Assembly (NCBI GenBank): GCA_043813605.1
Contig: JBDRKX010000047.1
Span: 32,001-96,000, forward strand
Length of the DNA: 64,000 bases
Direction of reading: 5' to 3'
From: Elusimicrobiota bacterium
Lineage (GTDB): Bacteria > CG03 > SLGR01 > JBDRKX01
Both the position numbers and the translations under genes were made by a program. The notes beneath the pieces are model-generated. The model was not told the origin of the DNA and ran no database searches. It saw only the letters and a list, made by a program, of their open reading frames with translations. How positions within the stretch are numbered: the first letter of the stretch is position 1; each line of letters opens with the position of its first letter. Positions 63,101-64,000 of the stretch are shown here, piece by piece.

Positions 63101-64000
63101 ATTGCGTCTTCAGCAAACTCGAATAGTTTTTGCTGAATAGGATTATCTTTTACGGCTTCGTGGTAGGCTTCGTAGGAAGGATATGTTTTGCTTACTACTA
63201 CTTCTTTATACTCCCCGATCTCATGTTCAACAAGACTCTTGAGGAGTTCATCTGTTTCCGGCGGGCTCCTTCCGGCGAGGCCTTCTAAGAATTTTGCATG
63301 GACAAGAAGTGTCACCTCTTTTGTAACCTCGTTCACTTCCAGTGTTGCAAGCGACCAGACGTCTTCTGTTATCAGATCAGGGTTAGCGCTTACTTCTACG
63401 GATGGTGTATACCCTGCCATGATATGGTTTAACATGTTTTCAAGCTTTTCAGTATATTCTGTTTCATCATAAGGCAGTTCTTTTCGTTTTATTATCTTCT
63501 GCCGGTAGATGTCTATTAACGCTTTAGAGACATCTACTGCTGATCTAACGGGGAGTGTAACAGGAGTCAAAAGCAGTTCCACCTCCTTACCCAGAGAAAT
63601 GATCTTTTTTTCTTCCGCAACACCAACGAGCTCTTTTTGCAATTCACGCGCTTCTTCGGCTTTTTCCAAATCACTGATCCATTGTTCTATGTCTTTCAGT
63701 TCATCTTCGACAAATGTTATTTTCACAGGTTTCCTATATCTGCCGAAAAGCGTGTCCGGCTGTTGATCCGCTTTTTCATAATCGACAATACCCTGACTGT
63801 CTAAAAGGAATTTCTTCAGGCCCGATCTGTACTCCAGATCCTTAAGATACCTGTCATGCGCTGCAGTATCTTGTTCAGGCTCTTCATCGAGGAACTGCAT
63901 ACCTATATCCAGGAAGAAGATCACTCCGTCAATCTTCAATCCTGATTCACCGGCATGCCGGGCAGCACTTTTTTCAAGAACCCGCCAGTTATCATCTTCA
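1..64000 (-). CDS. Giant multi-domain, multi-pass membrane polyprotein, partial at both ends (at least 21,333 aa inside the window)
   Basis: Reverse-complementing plus-strand triplets at positions 1 mod 3 gave stop-free protein in all the lines I translated (most of the window), with recognisable enzyme motifs in the same frame from 63.9 kb to 0.1 kb. The ORF track lists no minus ORF in this frame, although any stop would have produced one. Plus-strand shadow ORFs keep the same phase throughout. Confidence 0.95.
230..915 (-). other. Domain: HAD IIB-like, degenerate
   Basis: KVIAMDMDAAL, IITSG, AKNGS, ILYLGN....GAD. Confidence 0.6.
975..2290 (-). other. Domain: tandem pair of LOG-family domains, copy 2 (degenerate)
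   Basis: VVIGSSR, TGSGSGAAMEG, VPWDQ, MPGGLET, FWKP; second unit TPGKMDT, RPVVLIGRKFW; collinear with 54150-55370. Confidence 0.8.
2855..3480 (-). other. Domain: Mpv17/PMP22-like multi-pass membrane domain plus a preceding TM helix
   Basis: NPVVTKVISAGVLGIAGDVLAQ, QP, ANFVLFPIDFRPIF....PWIAFYS. Confidence 0.7.
6200..6600 (-). other. Domain: HExxH zinc metallopeptidase-like repeat, copy 3 (divergent)
   Basis: LIHESGH (6436-6450), AESQANI, GLRGIALW. Confidence 0.55.
7100..7400 (-). other. Domain: minimal (Pol-beta-type) nucleotidyltransferase
   Basis: IVVYGSFLHG...DDLDIALVVD (GS..DxD). Confidence 0.65.
7570..8250 (-). other. Domain: pentein (amidinotransferase/deiminase-like)
   Basis: WAKD, SHTDC, ANFIL, terminal GGMIGCL, matching the xRD, HxD, N and GGxxxC pattern. 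Confidence 0.55.
8720..9180 (-). other. Domain: HEAT/PBS-lyase-like helical repeats
   Basis: RRDAAEKIG, ALIDLLDD...V..AAAAALARL, VIEALG, AARALA. Confidence 0.7.
9210..10730 (-). other. Domain: asparaginase/glutaminase, with an apparent second C-terminal subdomain
   Basis: NAGGTIDM, LDSS, AHGTDT, VITGS, SDA..N, TKLSWLLG..GE; then LVIEGYGEG..IIITSR. Confidence 0.85.
10990..11680 (-). other. Domain: SAM-dependent methyltransferase (CheR-like fold)
   Basis: VADFGIG..PYTT, IVGVD, DVIRSMNVL, LKEGGLLIEG. Confidence 0.7.
12630..13030 (-). other. Domain: 3D (MltA-like double-psi barrel) domain between two TM helices
   Basis: TTVYNP, DIAVP..V..GSMV, ASDRGEKIKGERIDV; flanking hydrophobic helices at about 13560-13645 and 12310-12400. 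Confidence 0.6.
14310..15305 (-). other. Domain: PPDK/PEP-synthase-type ATP-grasp (nucleotide-binding) domain
   Basis: VGGKNANLG, VPGGFAVT, AIRSSAVQED..AYAG, VQEMV, SGVMFTRDP, YGLGEAIVSG, PQDIEFA, ILQSRPIT. Confidence 0.93.
16020..16440 (-). other. Domain: PEP-utilising enzyme phosphohistidine swivel domain
   Basis: AASPG, TTPDD, VVTTGGGILAHAGITTREFGIPSV (His at 16252-16254), VNGIEGTV. Confidence 0.9.
16810..17265 (-). other. Domain: low-molecular-weight protein tyrosine/arginine phosphatase
   Basis: FVCTGNTCRSHMAE (CX5R), SRG, ADIVLVM, IADPF. Confidence 0.92.
19860..20400 (-). other. Domain: class I SAM-dependent methyltransferase
   Basis: VLDLGSGTG, VTGMD, FVSGD, FDVVTCANVLH, LKTAGRVII. 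Confidence 0.88.
21430..21950 (-). other. Domain: 2H phosphoesterase (LigT / 2'-5' RNA ligase-like)
   Basis: Two HxT motifs, LLHLT and PHITLGY, at 2H-type spacing. Confidence 0.7.
22625..23065 (-). other. Domain: four-TM module, degenerate CPBP-like, copy B
   Basis: SPYWHPER..YE, FVLLH.GVYY, DRIIL, FHIFYN; homologous to 30900-31365. Confidence 0.55.
23520..24285 (-). other. Domain: putative amidoligase (COOH-NH2 ligase, Amidoligase_2-like)
   Basis: TFSLELEF, W...D....FEF, SLHAH, TIEFK resemble the GxExE / D..E / HxH / TxEFR series. Confidence 0.55.
24970..25600 (-). other. Domain: HipA-like kinase
   Basis: FLVK, RELLGYLLG, VFNALIGKWDQHGSN, IFDND. Confidence 0.55.
25865..26330 (-). other. 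Domain: small protein-kinase-like repeat, copy 3
   Basis: GEYGTVFIHPF..LVIKI, EEYRMLEEL, YIVSERV.G, DLWNPSNIMIG, AYIVD. Confidence 0.65.
26400..27530 (-). other. Domain: GT-A glycosyltransferase (glucosyl/mannosyl-glycerate synthase-like)
   Basis: KGK, TFDGDI....EW..AYLEP, Y.R...DA, RQAGGGEYAFS, KIH, C-terminal LW...GR helices. Confidence 0.7.
27930..28790 (-). other. Domain: alpha/beta hydrolase (lipase/esterase-like)
   Basis: AIHGW, nucleophile elbow GISVGG, DDKIV, late His in IEHF. Confidence 0.55.
29290..30240 (-). other. Domain: HAD-superfamily (IIB-like), variant motif I
   Basis: IVLDINRTL, LVSG, NKSDG, AMGDSTAD. Confidence 0.65.
30400..30850 (-). other. Domain: small protein-kinase-like repeat, copy 2
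   Basis: FVHPF..RVIKI, EEVRMLEKL, YIVSERV.G, KPDNIVIG, KAYYVD. Confidence 0.6.
30900..31365 (-). other. Domain: four-TM module, degenerate CPBP-like, copy A
   Basis: SPYWPER..E, FLIAH.RVYY, DRIIL, LLHSIGN; hydrophobic helices. Confidence 0.55.
31560..32100 (-). other. Domain: P-loop kinase, uridine kinase/PRK-like
   Basis: LLGGLSGAGKT, YDFGLL..L.GK...PDYD, IAEGVFA. Confidence 0.7.
32235..35560 (-). other. Domain: GH94 glycoside phosphorylase (two N-terminal beta-sandwich units plus catalytic barrel), NdvB-like
   Basis: FIGR, FYQPGGAFGFRDQLQ, QFPEGDVLHWWH, RTRISDNLLWL, HGLPLIGSGDWNDG, GESVWL, ENGGQYTHG, EPYV, YTGSAGW. Confidence 0.92.
35830..37290 (-). other. Domain: Cgs/NdvB-type glycoamylase-like (GH189/GH144-related) beta-1,2-glucan-active domain
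   Basis: RTSPTNIG, GHLYNWY, ISTVDNGN, YYDLLLSENR, WHGSSFE, FGQSETAY, SPYA, GYYESV, YAHHSAGM. Confidence 0.8.
37440..38265 (-). other. Domain: HAD-superfamily (IIB/Cof-like) phosphatase
   Basis: FFDVDGTL, LASGR, SNGS, DK, IIAD..GND. Confidence 0.8.
38345..39465 (-). other. Domain: GH130-like, copy 2 (tandem duplicate with ENPR)
   Basis: VINP, FENPR, HKN, IHRIKPDIQITKIGS, TYGAGE; collinear with copy 1. Confidence 0.75.
39915..40960 (-). other. Domain: GH130-like beta-mannoside phosphorylase/glycosidase, copy 1
   Basis: VFNPG, CEDPR, HKD, IHR, GGG, FP.G, FYGAGD. Confidence 0.8.
41110..42020 (-). other. Domain: metallophosphoesterase (Shewanella-like phosphatase type) with variant motifs
   Basis: IGDIEG, WIGGDTVLVQMGDMIGRGP, LLGNHE, FAHGG, VAHT, VDVG. 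Confidence 0.8.
43500..44255 (-). other. Domain: glucosamine-6-phosphate deaminase (NagB-like)
   Basis: FATGSTP, TFNLDEY, QSYRFFM, GGIDIAILGIGNNGHIAFNEPG, VPRQALTMGI, LASGEGKA, VPAT, LDQAAA. Confidence 0.93.
44480..45110 (-). other. Domain: protein-kinase-like fold
   Basis: YIGEGNFKKAYKV, FVLK, DVKFENL, KVFDID. Confidence 0.6.
45370..45840 (-). other. Domain: small protein-kinase-like repeat, copy 1
   Basis: AEGGNGAVFIHPF..VIKI, HEY, DLNPNNIMIG, AYLID. Confidence 0.65.
45910..46520 (-). other. Domain: PI3/PI4-kinase/HipA-like atypical kinase
   Basis: VLIKP, AAVYRLSRILG..VPP, LDYLGNIMDWHGENIL, IAIDNG. Confidence 0.7.
47530..48075 (-). other. Domain: bacterial sugar transferase (monotopic phosphoglycosyl transferase, PglC/WcaJ-like catalytic domain)
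   Basis: RIMDIVIS + hydrophobic helix, PVFMQERIG, GKPFNVYKLRTM, LDEVPQ, VLRGDMSLFGPRP, KPGI. Confidence 0.9.
48480..49020 (-). other. Domain: CPBP/Abi (CAAX-type) intramembrane glutamic protease
   Basis: Multiple hydrophobic helices with PVWEEIYHRG, FAKKH and LLHTVSN, matching the EExxxR, FxxxH and HxxxN motifs. Confidence 0.8.
49690..51320 (-). other. Domain: calcineurin-like metallophosphoesterase with large insertion
   Basis: ISDFHG, NGDYIDRG, PGNH, VTHS, FTGHN, VDKGMS. Confidence 0.85.
51440..52000 (-). other. Domain: HD-superfamily metal-dependent phosphohydrolase
   Basis: RRH...LAALFHDIER...HPRNSA...IEHHD...LSEADS. Confidence 0.75.
52270..52900 (-). other. Domain: HExxH zinc metallopeptidase-like repeat, copy 2
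   Basis: VLHEKGHH (HEKGH at 52654-52668), WEEQQADIYLIS, FPALSY..LDRIE; clearly homologous to copy 1. Confidence 0.6.
54150..55370 (-). other. Domain: tandem pair of LOG-family (nucleotide phosphoribohydrolase-like) domains, copy 1
   Basis: VVFGSAR, TGAGPGAAMEG, FLPRKQ, GGLGTLEE, FWKP; then a second degenerate unit with APGGRQT and RPIILIGKDFW. Confidence 0.85.
57700..58330 (-). other. Domain: HExxH zinc metallopeptidase-like repeat, copy 1
   Basis: LIHEKGHH (58069-58086) followed by WEEQQADIYLIS. Confidence 0.6.
59160..60620 (-). other. Domain: 4-alpha-glucanotransferase / amylomaltase (GH77, MalQ-like)
   Basis: PVFSLR..DFGIGKFTDL, QLLPVN..SPYSAASSYALN, GGRIDAGH, IVEQLG, LTSHD, RINNP..NWRYR; the three GH77 catalytic acids appear retained. 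Confidence 0.85.
60630..60960 (-). other. Domain: Ig-like / putative carbohydrate-binding module preceding GH77
   Basis: Beta-strand-like pattern ending GDYEYTVRFSVDKGVTWTYV; the family is not certain. Confidence 0.4.
61050..63050 (-). other. Domain: glycogen debranching enzyme / amylo-alpha-1,6-glucosidase (GDE_N + GDE_C, GH133-like)
   Basis: TLANGKGA (N-domain), TVIAGYPWFLDWGRDTLI, GTLPN, SDAPLWF, FTWMD, GYPVEIQALW, IRSNQ, AYHNGTAWTW, PRGCDAQAWGVSE. Confidence 0.9.

Noticed and set aside
65..63766. About 150 short plus-strand ORFs in the supplied track (up to 276 aa)
   Set aside because: They are antisense shadows of the giant minus-strand ORF, with F/Y/I-rich or S-rich composition, mostly in two fixed phases, and no recognisable motifs.
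1..64000. Stop-codon reassignment or alternative genetic code as the cause of the long frame
   Set aside because: The frame is open under the standard code. I met no TAA, TAG or TGA in frame, and Trp is encoded by TGG in conserved motifs.
1..64000. CRISPR arrays, rRNA/tRNA genes, IS elements, inteins, terminators
   Set aside because: I saw no regularly spaced nucleotide repeats and no transposase, integrase or intein motifs. The window is entirely coding and the repeats are diverged protein-level duplications.

Overview
The whole 64 kb window is the interior of one giant minus-strand open reading frame. Its codons correspond to plus-strand triplets starting at positions 1, 4, 7 and so on, giving at least 21,333 codons with no start or stop inside the window. 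That is why the ORF track misses it; the many short plus-strand ORFs are antisense shadows. Hand translation gives a mosaic membrane-anchored polyprotein of more than 40 modules. N to C (high to low coordinate): glycogen debranching enzyme (GH133-type), GH77 amylomaltase, HExxH peptidase-like repeat, tandem LOG pair, second HExxH repeat, HD domain, metallophosphoesterase, CPBP/Abi intramembrane protease, phosphoglycosyl transferase, kinase-like domains, NagB, second metallophosphoesterase, tandem GH130, HAD, Cgs/NdvB-type glycoamylase plus GH94, P-loop kinase, HAD, alpha/beta hydrolase, GT-A glycosyltransferase, kinases, amidoligase, 2H phosphoesterase, SAM methyltransferase, LMW-PTP, His-swivel plus ATP-grasp dikinase, TM-flanked 3D domain, second methyltransferase, asparaginase, HEAT repeats, pentein, nucleotidyltransferase, third HExxH repeat, Mpv17/PMP22, second LOG pair, HAD. 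Recurrent linker modules carrying R[AGS]PP and HExxE motifs join them. The architecture resembles the giant multi-enzyme proteins reported from Ca. Omnitrophota; this taxonomy is inferred, not shown. All domain calls come from motif recognition by eye, and boundaries are approximate. No RNA genes, CRISPR arrays or mobile elements were seen.
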